In this document: piece by piece, positions 1-12,890 of the stretch | Layout: each line of letters starts with the position of its first letter | Position numbering within the stretch: the first letter of the stretch is position 1 | NCBI GenBank assembly: GCA_038087875.1 | Contig: CM075977.1 | Coordinates: forward strand, 356,128,001 to 356,192,000 | DNA length: 64,000 nt | Source: Malacoraja senta | Taxonomy: Eukaryota | Direction of reading: 5' to 3' | Notes under the pieces: model-generated | Seen by the model: the letters and a program-made list of their open reading frames with translations, nothing else | The model's database searches: none | What the model was told of the DNA's origin: nothing | Position numbers and translations under genes: made by a program

Positions 1-1321
1 ACCACATACATCTGTTACTTTAAGAAATCCTTAGCAGTAATGCTCATATACAGGCTGCATCATTTGGGGAATTCAAAACTTTGCTGCTCGAAATCTGGAG
101 TGTAAATATGAACTGAAGATAGAGGTCAAATTTACTACTTACGTCTGGACCCTAAAACCTGCAGAATCTTCAGCATGTCAAGTTTGCAACCTGCATCCAT
201 TTGAGTACAATGAGCAATTCCACAGTGCCATTCTGGCATTGAATTGATAAACAGGCCAAAATGGTGTGGCTAAAATATCTGCCACACACTGAGCTTGCTG
301 CATGACTATGCAGGCAAAGATTAGACCACACCAATAGAAAGTCACTCAGAACTGTGAAAGAAAACCCTGGGGAGAGAGTTCAATGCAAAATTAGAAATCT
401 AGATTAACAACATAGTGTTAAATAACAATTACAACATAAATGAAAGAATCACAATAATTGCTTTCCAAAGCTACAGACATGCTTCCTGTTGTGAAAAACT
501 ACAGTAAGGTGTTTCACTAACTGTCTCCATTATTAGATGCAAATGTCTTCAAATTGCTTAGTGTAAAACCTGCCTCACAGGAGGAACAGCACATACCTGT
601 AGAATTCCAGGTTTAGTCTCTAGCCTGTTACATGCTTTCTGAAACAGCACAAATGCTGATAAACAGAAAAATCCATTTAAAATAGGAAGTTTTAAGCCCA
701 CCCCTAGAAGGTAGTTTAATACCACTTGACTTGCTTTAGCTGTAAAAGCTGTAGTGGTGTAACTATTGCCTGAAAGTGTAAACTTAAGGGCTCAGACTGA
801 AAGTCTGTTTGATGCTACAAATTATTTTTATTTTCCATTCGTTGTCGATAGAAAGTAAAATCAGCTGTGTTATTCCAGGTGACTAATATAAACCGGTAGT
901 TTCCCACCAGAGAAAATTACAATCTACATTTAAACAGTTAATAAAAGCATGGGTTGGTAACCAGAGAACAAAGATTTTTGGTGATTAGCAAATGAGCTAA
1001 AGGCAACACGAGGAAACTTTAAAAAAAAAATACAAATAGGTTGTTCGATCTGGAATGCACTTCCTGGTGGAAACATGTAATGATAACTTTTAGATGTGAG
1101 CTGCATAAATACTTGAAGGAAAAGATCACAGGACTATAGGAAAAGAGTCGGGGAACCAGTTTATTGAGTAGCTTTACCACAGAACCAGCAGGGACTTGGT
1201 GAGCTGAGAGGCAGCATTCTGAAGGCACACGAGACTACAGATGTTAGAATCCTGAGCAAGAAAAAATAGTGCTGGAGGAACTCAGCAGGTCAGGCATTAT
1301 AAGCCATGTCATTCAATGATT

Positions 1322-1462
1322 ATAGACACAAATGCTGGAGTAATTAAACGGGACAGTCAGCATTTCTGGGGAGAAGGAATGGGTGACTTTTCCAGAGATG
1401 CTGCCTGTCCTGCATTTTGTGTCTATCTTCGATGGAAACCAGCATCTGCAGTTCTTTCCTAC
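1322..1462. repeat. Penelope-derived palindromic short repeat
   Basis: tagacacaaatgctggagt...ccagagatgctgcctgtc...tgtgtctatc...ccagcatctgcagttctttcctac; same family as 27420-27643. Confidence 0.7.
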
Positions 1463-1789
1463 TCATCAATGATGATTTTGTTTTACTACCGACATGTCAG
1501 AAGTGGTACAAAAGTAAAACTGGGACAAAACAGGTTAGGTTAATATTATGACCTGAATTTAGATTATTTTAAATATTAATAGAAAGCTCAAATTCCATCT
1601 GGCTCTTTCCTAACATTGAAATTAATTAACATTGACACGTTAATGAACATGTGCAGACAGACCTTTACTGACACTGGGTGAGAGCAACTTGAAAATGTAA
1701 TTCAGTGCATCTCCAATATTCCCAGCTCCAAATATCCCAGTGAAAGTTGACAATCAAAGAGCCACCCTCCAATCTCATTTCAGAAGAGA

Positions 1790-1950
1790 CTGAGTCTGAA
1801 GAAGGGTTCCACCCTGAAACATCTACTATCCATGTTACTTCAGCACTTTAGACAGACACAACAGCATCTCTGGAGAGAAGGAATGGCTGACGTTTTGGGA
1901 CGAGAACCTTCTTCAGACACGTTACCCATTCCTTCTCTCCAGAGATGCTT
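1790..1950. repeat. Penelope-derived repeat with hammerhead-like cores on both strands
   Basis: CTGAAGA...GAAACATC at 1796-1823 (+) and the reverse-complement motif at ~1888-1918. Confidence 0.65.
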
Positions 1951-2134
1951 CAGGTTTTTGACCTGAAGTAAGTATCTTAGAAGAGTGTACAAAGTCAGGA
2001 CCAGTGAAGCTGTCAGAGATCAGCCATTCAGGAATGACAGCTCCCAGGCTCAGGAGGAAGGCAGGCATTAGCAGAGCAGCCTATTAGTAGGTGGTAGTCA
2101 TTTTAGAGGATAGAGTATGGATAGAATCATACGA

Positions 2135-2520
2135 CAAAGAGTGCCCAAAGTGGATCATCTTGCAGTTATCCAGATTATATCCAGTTATCTGCCATTTCTT
2201 TGGCCACATTTCCAACTGGTCATTATCCTTCTGAATCTTTTGGCAACCTTTCTCACTATTACCAACTTTTTCCAGTCTTTTTCTCATCTGCAAACTTACC
2301 CAACAGCCCACCAATATTTTCATCCAAATCATTTATCAATATCATAAACAATAGAGGACCCAACATTGATCCTTCTGGAACACCACTAGTCACAGACATC
2401 GAGTCAAAATAATGCCTGTCCACTGCTATCTCTCTCTTCTATGGCCAAACCAATTTTGAATCCAATCTACCAAGTCTTCATGGATTTTATGTGGCTGAAT
2501 ATTCTATTTCAACCAATGGT
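2135..2520 (-). mobile_element. Old CR1 LINE RT fragment
   Basis: Reverse complement encodes [25 protein letters not shown]-like RT motifs. Confidence 0.75.
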
Positions 2521-2689
2521 TCTCAATGGTACTTTATGGTCATATCCTAGGAACAGTGAATAAATGTTTTCCACACAATTCCATAAAAACCTAACATATT
2601 TAAAGCACAATCATACCCAATCATATCCAAGTACAAGAGTGTAAGAAGAGTAGATTACACTGAGGCGGTACATAAGAGTCACCGCAATT

Positions 2690-3448
2690 TACAATGCAAT
2701 ACATTATACAATACAATAATACTTTATTAGCCAAGTATGTTTTGCAACATATGTGGAATTTCATTTGTCAAGTCAGTCATACAAATAAAAAGCAGCAGAA
2801 CAACAAAATGCATTTTAACATTTAACATCCACCACAGTGACTCCTCCACATTCCTCAATGTGATGGAAGTCAAAAAAAAGTTCAATCTCTTCCCTTCTTC
2901 GTTCTCCCGCGGTTGGGAGCCTCGAGCCTTCCGGTGACGGGACGACCTTGACTCCCGTGGCCGGCAGTCGGGCCCTCCACGTCAGGGCGATCAAGCTCCT
3001 GCATAGGGGGGGAATCTCAGCTCCCTGCGCTGAGCGATCTGACCCCGGGTCGGGGCTGGTCGAACCTTCTACATCATTGGAGCTCCCGACATCTACGGTC
3101 TCTACCCGACACTGCGAGCTATCGATGGCAAAGTCCGCAGACCACGGTTGGCGCTATTCCAGGCAATGGATCAGCTCCGATGGTAAGTCCACGCCCCGCG
3201 GTGAGGCTCAAAGTCAGGCCTCAAGCTCCACGATGTTAGTCCGCAGAGTGACTGGACATACGACCCGGAAAACAATCGCATCTCCAGCAGGGTAAAAAAA
3301 GTTTCCACCGACCCCCTCCCCCTCCCTCACATAAAACAAACCAGAGAACATTAACACATACTTTAAAAACACAATAAAAATAACAAAAAAAACCCCGGAA
3401 AAACAGACTGTTGGCGAGGCTGCCAATTGTGCAGTGCCCCTAGTGGTC
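2690..3448 (-). mobile_element. Non-autonomous retroelement, CpG-rich body with LINE-like 3' end and (TTGTA)n tail
   Basis: Minus-strand AATAAA followed by a microsatellite tail near 2700; shares the aacatccaccacagtga...gtgatgga block with 4733-5618. Confidence 0.6.
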
Positions 3449-3651
3449 ACCAAGACATTTTCGGCACTTCTTAAAAATGTAGTCTTAACTTGGTCTTAAA
3501 AGGCCTGTTGTCGTGGTGGCAGCACTGGGTCGCAGTTGCAGACATTGCCTACCATGAGGTACTTGTTAAAAGCTTTACTACAGTCCACATGTTCAATACC
3601 CTCAATCTTCTTCATTGTCTCCTCAAAAACCTCAATCAAGTTTACAGGACC

Positions 3652-4173
3652 TTGATACTTAAATTCTGGAAAAACGCTCCCACACCAACGATAAAAATGT
3701 GGATTTCAAATATGTCCGAACTGTTACACCTGGAAGACATGAGATTCCTCTTAGCAAGCAAATCAGACCATTTCCAAAAGATTTGGTCTCCATTTATCGA
3801 CTTATTACAAGCATAGGGTGCAACATAACTTTGAAAATAAATGGTTTCAGGAGCTGGTGAGGGGTGTGTAAAGATACAAAGTAGGTACATCCCTTTTATC
3901 TTATTTTACTTTCTTATATCTTCTGTTCTCTATTTTTCTCTTTCTTTTTCTTTGGTTTTCTTTTTAACTCGTGGTTTACGTTCCTAGGGTTTCTCCTGAT
4001 CACTCTTTCACGCACTTACTATCTTATCTAACTCTTTCTATTTTTCTTCTTTTTAAAGTTTAAAATAAGAAGTGGTACAGGAACTGTATTATGTTATTTT
4101 TGGCTGATATCACTGCAATGTACAATACTTCTAATAAATAAAATATATATTTTTTTAAATAAAAAATGAAAAA
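3652..4173 (+). mobile_element. 5'-truncated L1 (ORF2 C-terminus, 3'UTR, A-rich tail)
   Basis: LILKFWKN...PTIKMWI...KIWSPFIDLL*; AATAAA plus A-tail; 14-bp TSD aagtttacaggacc at 3638-3651 and 4174-4187. Confidence 0.9.
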
Positions 4174-4732
4174 AAGTTTACAGGACCCGACCTAACCTGC
4201 ACAAAGCCATAAAACAGTAACAGGAAAAACTGTCATGGAACAAGAGATGATCTTCAAGAATGAAGTGTTTCAGCTCTGGGATCCTAATGTCCCACAAGAG
4301 GGAAAAGTGAGGGAACCAAAGCCACGGGTTCTTGGATAATATAGCAGATGGAGAGTAGAAAATATGATCCAATAATAATAGCATGCCTGAAGCATGCCAA
4401 GTGAATTACTTAAACAAGAATCACAGGCTAAATATAAATTAAGAGGAAGCAAAGAGGAAACCTATTCTGTTAAATAGTGCATATGAGAATAGGATAATAG
4501 CTAATATACAAGGACACAAAAAATCTTCAAGTGTCAAGCGAGCAAAATGCTGCCAATTTAGAGATGGGATGAGCTCTACAAGAGTTTACTAAGGAACAGG
4601 AAGCCAAGAGGGTAGAGATAATGAATGGGGTGAAACCTAATAGCAGAATACACTGGCAATGCTTACAGTGGACTAATAATGCTTACACTTAACTATAACA
4701 TCAATTGCACTTTATCTGTTTATTTATGTATA

Positions 4733-5618
4733 TTAGATTAGATTAGATTAGATAGCCCTTTATTGTCATTCAGACCGAAGTCTGAACGAAATTGCAACAG
4801 TCATACATAAAACAACAATAAACACATATTAACATCCACCACAGTGAGTCCACCCCAACATCTCCTCACTGTGATGGAGGCAAAAGTCTTAGGTCTGCAG
4901 TCTCTTCCCTCCTCTTCTCCCTCTGCGCTGAGGCGATACCCCCCGGGCGATGTTTCCCGCGGCTCAAACACCACGGCCCGCGGTGGTCGAAGCTGCCGCC
5001 CACCACCTTCCTGCAGACGCAGCCGCTGGCCCGCGGCCGAACCCCGGACTCAGGCCACCACCGCCAGAACACCGCCCCAGCCACCCCCACGTGAGTACCG
5101 TGCCGTCTTCAGCCTCGGGCTGGGCCGCCCCGACATGGGCGCCGAACCTCCCTCTGGCCGGGCTGCCCCGACATGGGCGTCGCTTCTTCCCCGGGCCGGG
5201 CCGCCCCGACTTGGGCGCGAACTTCCCCGGGCCGGGCCGCTCCGACTTGGGCGTCGCTTCTCCCTCGGGCCGGGCCGCCCCGACTTGGGCGCTCACGGGA
5301 GCACTGTTCCAGCCCTGAGCCGGACCACCCTCACGGGAGCGAGCTTAGGGCGAGTCCTGACGGGCTCTGCCTCCGGAGTCTCGAGGTCATCAGCTCCATT
5401 AGGCCTCAGCGCAGACGGAGGCAGAGAAGGGGAATACGACCAAAAGTCACATTCCCCCGCAGGGAGAGACTGCAAACCCCGTTACAACCCCCCACCTCCC
5501 CAAAACACAAACTAAAAACCAAAAACTAGACTAACCAAAACGAAATAAACAACCCAAAAAACACAAACAAACAGGACTGCCGATGAGCCGCTGCAGCCAG
5601 TGCCGCGCCGCCACTTCC
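4733..5618 (-). mobile_element. Non-autonomous GC-rich retroelement, apparently full-length, with internal ~37-bp tandem repeats and (CTAAT)n tail
   Basis: Near-identical partial copy in the opposite orientation at 36931-37325; gggccgccccgacttgggcg repeats at ~5115-5292; begins GGAAGTGGCG on minus. Confidence 0.75.
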
Positions 5619-5714
5619 AATATATGGTCTATGCTATATAGACACAATGAACTGTTCTGTATTTATGCTTACTATATTCTGATGTGCTGCAGCAAGCAAG
5701 CAAGCAAGCAAGCA

Positions 5715-6449
5715 ACCTTGGCGTGATCCTTGACTCAACCCTCTCCTTGAGCTCACATCCGCCATGTTGTCAAAACATCATTTTTCACCTCCGCAACATT
5801 GCAAAAATCAGATCGTCTCTCACACCCCCCGCTGCTGAAAGACTCATCCATGCCTTCATCTCCTCCCGACTGGACTACTGTAACTCTCTTCTTTTCGAAT
5901 CAATTCCAGCAGCATCAAACGACTCCAACTGGTCAAAATGCAGCCGCTCGACTCATTACCCACACCAAATCCTGGCACCACATCACCCCAGTTCTCAAAG
6001 AACTTCACTGGCTTCCCATTTCCCACCGGATCACCTACAAAATCCTGGTCCTCACCTACAAAGCCCTCAACAACCTGGCCCCCCCTTATCTCATTGACCT
6101 CCTCTCCCCCTACCAACCCTCACCGGTCCCTCAGATCCACATCAGCTGGTCTCCTCTCCACTCCGAAATCAAACCTCTGCACTTTTGGAGGCAGAGCCTT
6201 CTCCAGGGCAGCTCCAGGCTCTGGAATTCCCTCCCACAACCGGTCCGAAATTCTGAGTCCCTCACCATCTTCCAGTCCCGCCTCAAGACCCATCTCTTCA
6301 CCTCTGCATACCCTTAGTCCCATGTTTCCCCCCCCCCTCTGTCTTACTGCTCTATTTTGTTTCGTTTATTCCTGACTCTCAATTGTAAAGCGACTTTGAG
6401 TCCTGAAAAGCGCTATATAAATAAAATCTATTATTATTATTATTATTAT
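5715..6449 (+). mobile_element. L2 LINE 3' fragment
   Basis: NLGVILDSTLS...HAFISSRLDYCNSL...HITPVLKELHWLPI...RLWNSLP...LKTHLF; aaagcgctatataaataaa plus (TTA)n tail. Confidence 0.9.
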
Positions 6450-6619
6450 TGTCCTATCTGGGACACATGACAATAAACTCTCTTGACTTGACTTGAACCT
6501 GGACTAGATTGCTTGCATCCCAGATGGTTAAGAAAATTGGTATTGACATTTTGTCTTTTTGCAATTTCAGGATGGTCCCCAATTTGAAAATGTGACACAT
6601 TTTTACAAGAAAGGATAAA

Positions 6620-7020
6620 TAAGCCATTCCAGGTAACTATACTAGTCCCACTCCCATCAGGCAAAATGTATAGAAGTGTGAAAACACACACCATCAGATT
6701 CAGGGACAGTTTCTTCCCAGCTATTATCAGGCAACTGAATCATCCTACCACAACCAGAGCAGTGCTGAACTACTATCTACCTCTTTGATGTCCCTCGGAC
6801 TATCCTTGACTAAGTTTTACACTTCTTAAAAATGTGGAGTCTTAACTTGGTCGGACTTTGCTGGATTTACCTTGCACAAAATGTTATTCCCTTATTATGT
6901 TTCTATACACTGTAAATTAATTGATTGTTATATGTATTGTTTTTCTGCTGACTGGTTAGCATGAAACAAAAAGCTTTTCACTGTACCTCAATACATGTGA
7001 CATTAAACTAAACTGAAACT
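6620..7020 (+). mobile_element. Rex1/Babar LINE 3' end
   Basis: LPSGK-YRSVKTHTIRFRDSFFP-AIRQLN followed by a 3'UTR and (AAACT)n tail. Confidence 0.75.
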
Positions 7021-7039
7021 AGTCCAGATTAATGTTGGA

Positions 7040-7900
7040 AGTGGAAAAACACAGGCACTTAAAAGTGGTTTGAGTTTAAGTAGAGCCAGCACAGATTTGT
7101 AAACGGCAGATCATGTTTGACTTACCTAATTGATTTTTTTTTCCATTCAGTAACAGAGAAGGTTGATCAAAGGAATGCAGTAAATATTGTCGATATGAAT
7201 TTTAAGAAAGTACCACATAAAAGGTTGATTAACAAAACTGATGCTCATGGAATACATGTCTGAGTGTCAGATTACATTTTTTTTAAAGCTGCCTTAAAGG
7301 GATCGAAAACCAAAATCAGTCATGGTAAATGGTTATTTTTCAGAGTGGAGGATGGTGGCTTAAATGTTCCCAGGGATAAGTGCCAGGACCCCCACTTTTT
7401 CTGGCACAACATCATGTCTGGGTTGTAGGAAAAGAGTAAAGTTTCATAATTTGCTGATGTAGCAACCGGTGAGCATGCTACTAATCACTGCAAAAATACA
7501 TAGTTACGCTCGCAAACAGGGTAAATAAGTGGGAGGGGTAATTTATTACAGATAAGTGTGTCCCAGTGTATTTTAATAGAGGTGATGGAAAGAGACAATT
7601 TAAGCTTAATGGCACATAATCAAAGCATGCTCAGGTACAGATGGTCCTGGGAGTCCATGTGCACAGATCTTTGAAGGTGGTAGGACATATTGAGAGGGTA
7701 GTTAGTTATGTATAAGGGATCATGGGCTGTATAGATTGACCTGAGAAAAAGGTAGGAAAATGATGCAATAGTTTTATAAAGCTGTTTGAGTCACAATTAC
7801 AGCATACAGTTCTGGTTATGAAAGTTCTTGAAATGGAGCAGGGGATTTATCAGAAGAGTTTAAAAATGAGGGGTTCTGGCATCATGGTTAGACTTTTGAG
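7040..7900 (+). mobile_element. Highly degraded CR1 RT fragment
   Basis: Remnants of the QHGF...SCLTNL, DF-KVPHKRL, VPQG and LGV-V motifs. Confidence 0.6.
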
Positions 7901-8043
7901 ATACAGTGTGGAAATGGACTTTGCCGCCCCTAGGTAACTATGTCTTAGGATGGAGATGATGGGAGTGTTCTCTCTGCAGCAAGTATATCAAGAAGAAATT
8001 ATTATGGAAAGAAGATTTAGACAAAGAAAATCTCTTGCCATTA

Positions 8044-8390
8044 GGCAGCCTGGTGGCACAGCGGTAGAGTTGCTGTCTTACAGCACCAGAGACCCGGGTT
8101 CAATCCTGACTATGGGTGCTTGTCTGTACAGAGTTTGTACGTTCTCCCCGTGACCTGCATAGATTTTCTACAAGATCTCCTGTTTCCTCCCACACTCCAA
8201 TGACATTCAGGTTTGTAGGTTAAATGACTTGGTATAAATGTAAAATTGTCCCTAGTGTGTGTAGGATAATTGGCTTGGTATAATTGTAAATTATCTCTAG
8301 TGTGTAGGATAATGTTAGTGTGTAAGTATCGTTGGTTGACATGGACTCGGTAGGCCAAAGGGCCTGTTTTGCACTGTATCTCTAAATTAG
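8044..8390 (+). mobile_element. tRNA-derived V-SINE (HE1-like)
   Basis: A box tggcacagcgg, B box ggttcaatcc, V-domain gagtttgtacgttctccccgtg...tttcctcccaca and CR1-like tail gggcctgttt; internal ~45-bp tandem duplication at ~8222-8312. Confidence 0.85.
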
Positions 8391-8874
8391 CTGATATTAA
8401 AAAGAGAGATTTAAGATTTGGGTAGATTTGGATAAAAGGAGGAACGTTATCATACAATGAGTGGTAAAGACCTGGTACTCACTGGCTATGAGGAAGGAGG
8501 AACTGGAGCCAACAAAACATTTCAAAATAAAATTAGGATAGGATTTTTAAAAATAATGTTACAGTGCAACAAGGATACAGTGTGGATATGGAACTAACTA
8601 AATTGTCTGTAGAGCACCGTGTTGTACTGATGTGAATGGCCTCCTTCTGTGCCATTGCCAGATGCCAGTCTTTCACCTCCCCTAATCTCAAAGACAATTG
8701 CCTGTCTTCCCATTTCACAATCCCCCCCCCCCCCCCTCCCCCTCCAATGTGTTCTGGGAAAGGAAAAGTGAAATTCTAAAACAAATCCCTATAAACAAAA
8801 CAAACAAAGCCAAAGTAGCAGAGAAAGGATTTCTGGATCTCAGTGGGATATTTTAATTTCCACTGGCCAGAGTC

Positions 8875-9935
8875 AGGTACCAGGTGATTGGAGGACAGCA
8901 AATTTTCAGGAAGGGTAGGAAGAAAAAGCCCAATTATAGACCTGTGAGCCTAACATCAGTAATGGGGAAGTTTCTGGATGGTGTAAAAGATTTAGAGCAA
9001 GTTGAAAAACGGGACACAAAACTGGTTTGGCAAAAGGTGACAAAGAGTGATGGTAGAGGATTATTTTTTGCGATTAATTTCCTGCGACTAGTCGTGTCCC
9101 ACAAGGATCAATGCTGGGATCTTTGCTGTTTGCAATAAACGTGAATGATCTAAATGTGGAAGAAGGATGCAGAGATTGACAGATTGTGTGGAGGATTGTC
9201 TTAGGTTACAGGACGATATCTGCGCATCATGAATGGTAGGATCCAAGAGAGTATTGAAGAACAGAGGGACGTCACATTAGTGTATGTAGTGTACATGTCC
9301 AAAGATCCGTGAAGTGCCAATGCAGATAGATTCAGATGCCTTATGGGATGCTGACAGTCAGGCACTGAAATGCAAGAGCCGAGAGGTTATGCTCCAACAT
9401 TTTAAAGCACTGGTTAAATCTCAACTGGAGTACTGCATGCAGTTCTAGACCCAAAACTATTAAAAATATGTGAAAATGCTAGAAGGGGTGCAGAGGAGAT
9501 CCATCACAATGTTGCTTGGGATGGAGCAGTTCAGCTTTGACGAGGGCCTGAAGAAGCTATGTTGGTTTACATGGAGCAGAGGTGGATAACAGATCACATG
9601 ACCCAGATGTCTGAGGGGTATAGATAGAATAAATTGCAGCAAACTATTCCCCATATCAGAGGTAGATAAAAATTGATTTAGGATAAGGAACAAGAGATAT
9701 AGAAGAGATCTTAGGGAGATCACCAAACGAGAATGGCGAGTACCTGGAATACACAGCCTGATTGGTACCAGTTGGGTCACTGACAGCATTTAGGATGTGT
9801 CTAAAGAGCACTTAAATCTTTTATATGTAGAAGGTTACGGGCCAAGTGCTGGAAAGTGAGATTGATGCAGATGGGTCCTCACTCGTCGACATATTCACGA
9901 TGGGTTGAATGATCTTTACCATGCTTTAGGACTCT
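8875..9935 (+). mobile_element. Degraded CR1 ORF2/3'UTR with internal deletions
   Basis: NYRPVSLTSVMGK, VPQGSMLG, QLEYCMQF, LEGVQRR. Confidence 0.75.
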
Positions 9936-9984
9936 AAACGTCCCCACCAAACATCTGCTTGGTCTCATTAAGCCTTGAACCATT

Positions 9985-10235
9985 GTAATGGAGTTTGCAT
10001 GTTGTTCCTGAGACTACATGAGCTCTTCTCGGCAGTGTAGTTCCTCCCACATCCCAAAACACAGTAATAAATTAATTGGCTGCTCTAAATTATCCCTAGT
10101 TTAAGGTGGGGGGGGGGGGGGGGGGGAAGAACTAATGGCAGTTGATGGGTATGTGAGACAGAGTAACAGGACCGATGGGATGACTCTGTAAGACGATTGA
10201 CTGAATGAATGGCTTCCTTCCATGTTTCCAGAAAA
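9985..10235 (+). mobile_element. Degraded V-SINE fragment
   Basis: ggagtttgcatgtt...ttcctcccacatcccaaa...ttaattggctgctctaaattatccctagt. Confidence 0.55.
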
Positions 10236-12318
10236 TGAGAAATAAGAAATTGATACACCACCAACATATCGCAACTTATCTTTAACGGATTCATTTGAAT
10301 AAGGAAGAATAGAAAAAATAGATATAAAATTATCTTTCCCCAAAACTGCTGTAACTATAATTGAATACCAAACACAAAATTGCCTGTTTCAAATATGAAC
10401 TGACTAAATGTGCAGCAAAATCTGCTTCCAGGTGTGCAAAGATGCAATGAGATTAATTGTTAATGTATCGACTTTGCTGGAAATCACACGCCAAAAATTA
10501 TACTTTTAAAAAGTGGTTTAAAAACTCTGCATTTTCTAACACATCACCATGCCACAAGTAACCTCAGTCCCTCCCCAAAGGATTCGGAGAGACAGCGCAA
10601 CAGAAAGGAGACATTCATTACTGATACGAATCTCTTATTTTTGCAGCAGGAAAGTAATCTTAACCTGTTAACCATTAACTCAATCTGTGATCAGACTTAA
10701 ATTAACCCGTGTCATGTGAGTGTAATTTTCCATCTGATTAACATTTTTTAGCATTCCAAAGTTTTACCAGATTGATTCCCAAATTGTGGGTTTGTCATGT
10801 GTGGAAAGATTAAGCCGATTAGAGCTGTGCTATCTTGAGTTTAGAAAATATTGAAAAAGATGAAACCAAATAAATACTAGAATATAAGGATTGGTAAATA
10901 TGTACTTGCCCTCTGGAATTTCCCCAGATGCAGTGAATAGTTACAATAGGTATTCATTGTCACACCCTAATATAGGTGAAAGCTCATTTGATGATCCCAG
11001 ATCCAGAGTAGGCAGTATCTATGTTATGTTAAAAAGTGCAAATTTTAAAAACACATTGTCATCTTACCAACACGTCTAAAAGTCCATAATATTCCAGGAA
11101 AATTAGATTAGAAATAAACCTCTCCAAGTAACATGGAGACACAAGATACTGCAAATGCTGGAATCTTGAGAAATATTAAACTACTGGAGGTTTCAGTGGG
11201 TCAGGCAGCAACTGTGGAGGGAAATGGACTGATGACAGGGACAGGTCTCTTCAGTCTGTCTTTTTTTGCTCTCTAAGTTACAAATTACTTTAAAATAATT
11301 GAATAAAAGGAATACTTCTACAGGGATTGCTTGTCTTATCAATGTTCAACTTGAGAATTGTTCCTACAATACCATTGATACTTTGCACCACCTTCCACTT
11401 CAGAATACACGACTAAAATAACACAATAGATGTTACCCTACCTCTTTGATTCACAACATTTTGCTTAATGAAATGTTTTCCAGGGCTCTAAAACACGAAC
11501 ACAAATCACTCCTCCAAAGACTATAATGCACATTACTTTATCAATAATGCTCAATAGACGCAGCTCAAATTCAAGTGAGAATTTCTTGCCAACTTTCAGC
11601 ATTTAATACAATAATAAAAAAATTAAACCTCAATTACATTGTCGCATGTGTTGTAAAGGAGCCAAAGGGAATTATCTTTTGATTGTAGAAGTTATTCATG
11701 AATGACTGAATATTGATATCCCAGTGACATGGGTGGAGGTAATAATTATGCAGAAATATCTGACGAGTCCCTAACCAGCAGCTGAAGTGTCTTATGTCTT
11801 CATGCAGAAACGTTGCTGGTTGATCAATGAAAACCACGAATTCTCTCCCAAGAAACAATACAACATTGTTGAATGTCTATCACATTATTCATTCGTATCA
11901 CTATATAATGAATAAAATATGATGCATCCCATGTCATGTGAGAGCTGCTCACCCAACTTAGGACGAGAGCAAATCCTTCTCTTCCAAACAAAATGAAAAA
12001 CAATTTTACTCAAACACTAAAAGCCAGATAGCTCAAGTGCCAGAATTTTATCATTTGTTAAAAATGACCTCTATACCACCTTCAGTTACATTAACCTGGT
12101 GCGAGGAAAGATCGCAATAACAGTTCTGAGTAATAAAAAGTCAATGGAAGTCAATGAAGTCAATCTATCTTTATTGATCGATGCACACCTATTCACTTCC
12201 AATTATTATTATTACTTGCCACGTTATGAGCAAAGCCACATTTACTGCTTAATCTAGTCATCACTACAGGGTGTTTGTTTACCCCACAGGCTATCCACTT
12301 AAGTACACATATTGTACT

Positions 12319-12509
12319 TCAAAGAACATTATGAGATCAATATTTACTGAGACATGTTTTCCAAGTCAGTAGGGAGTACCTTACTCCAACAAACACAGTA
12401 TTATATATTCTTGGGAGTTAAACTATGTTAAAGGTTCTCTGGAATAAGGTTGTCCCTACTGACTTGGAAAACCTGCCCCAGTAAATATTGGTCCCTTAAT
12501 GTTCTTTGA
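12319..12509. repeat. Imperfect inverted repeat, ~70-bp arms and ~50-nt loop
   Basis: 12319-12388 is the near reverse complement of 12440-12509. Confidence 0.85.
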
Positions 12510-12890
12510 TATCTATATAACTAAAAGACTCACCTTGACCACTTCCTGTCTGCGCTGTATATTGATTTTAGAAAAAACACTACTCTATATCGCTACGATT
12601 TTTGGCCATCTTACTCACAGTTCTCCTCCGCTGAGGCAGCCCCGAGGATTTTTCCGAACGATGCAAAATAAAAAAGTTATGAGTGTTTAAAAAATCTTGA
12701 GATCAGCTGATTGGTCCTCTCGCCTGTCAATCACCACGATGAAGGTAATGCCCCTTCCAGTGGGGGGGAGGGGGGGGGCAGGACTATAATACCCCGGATG
12801 CCTGGACATGAGTCAGTCACTCTGGAAGATCGCGAGGGAGAGACCACAACTATGATTCTGCTGTGAGTCAACTGAACTGTGAGTCTACTT

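Noticed and set aside
5115-5292. Regularly spaced repeats superficially like a CRISPR array
   Set aside because: Spacers are similar to each other, the context is a eukaryotic minisatellite, and there are no cas genes
4844-5529. Multiple overlapping Pro/Arg/Gly-rich ORFs
   Set aside because: Artefact of a GC-rich tandem repeat within a non-coding retroelement
8044-8115. tRNA gene
   Set aside because: It is the tRNA-derived head of a SINE and continues into the V domain
11634-11880. Nearly open frames on both strands in TE-free DNA
   Set aside because: No identifiable family or splice structure
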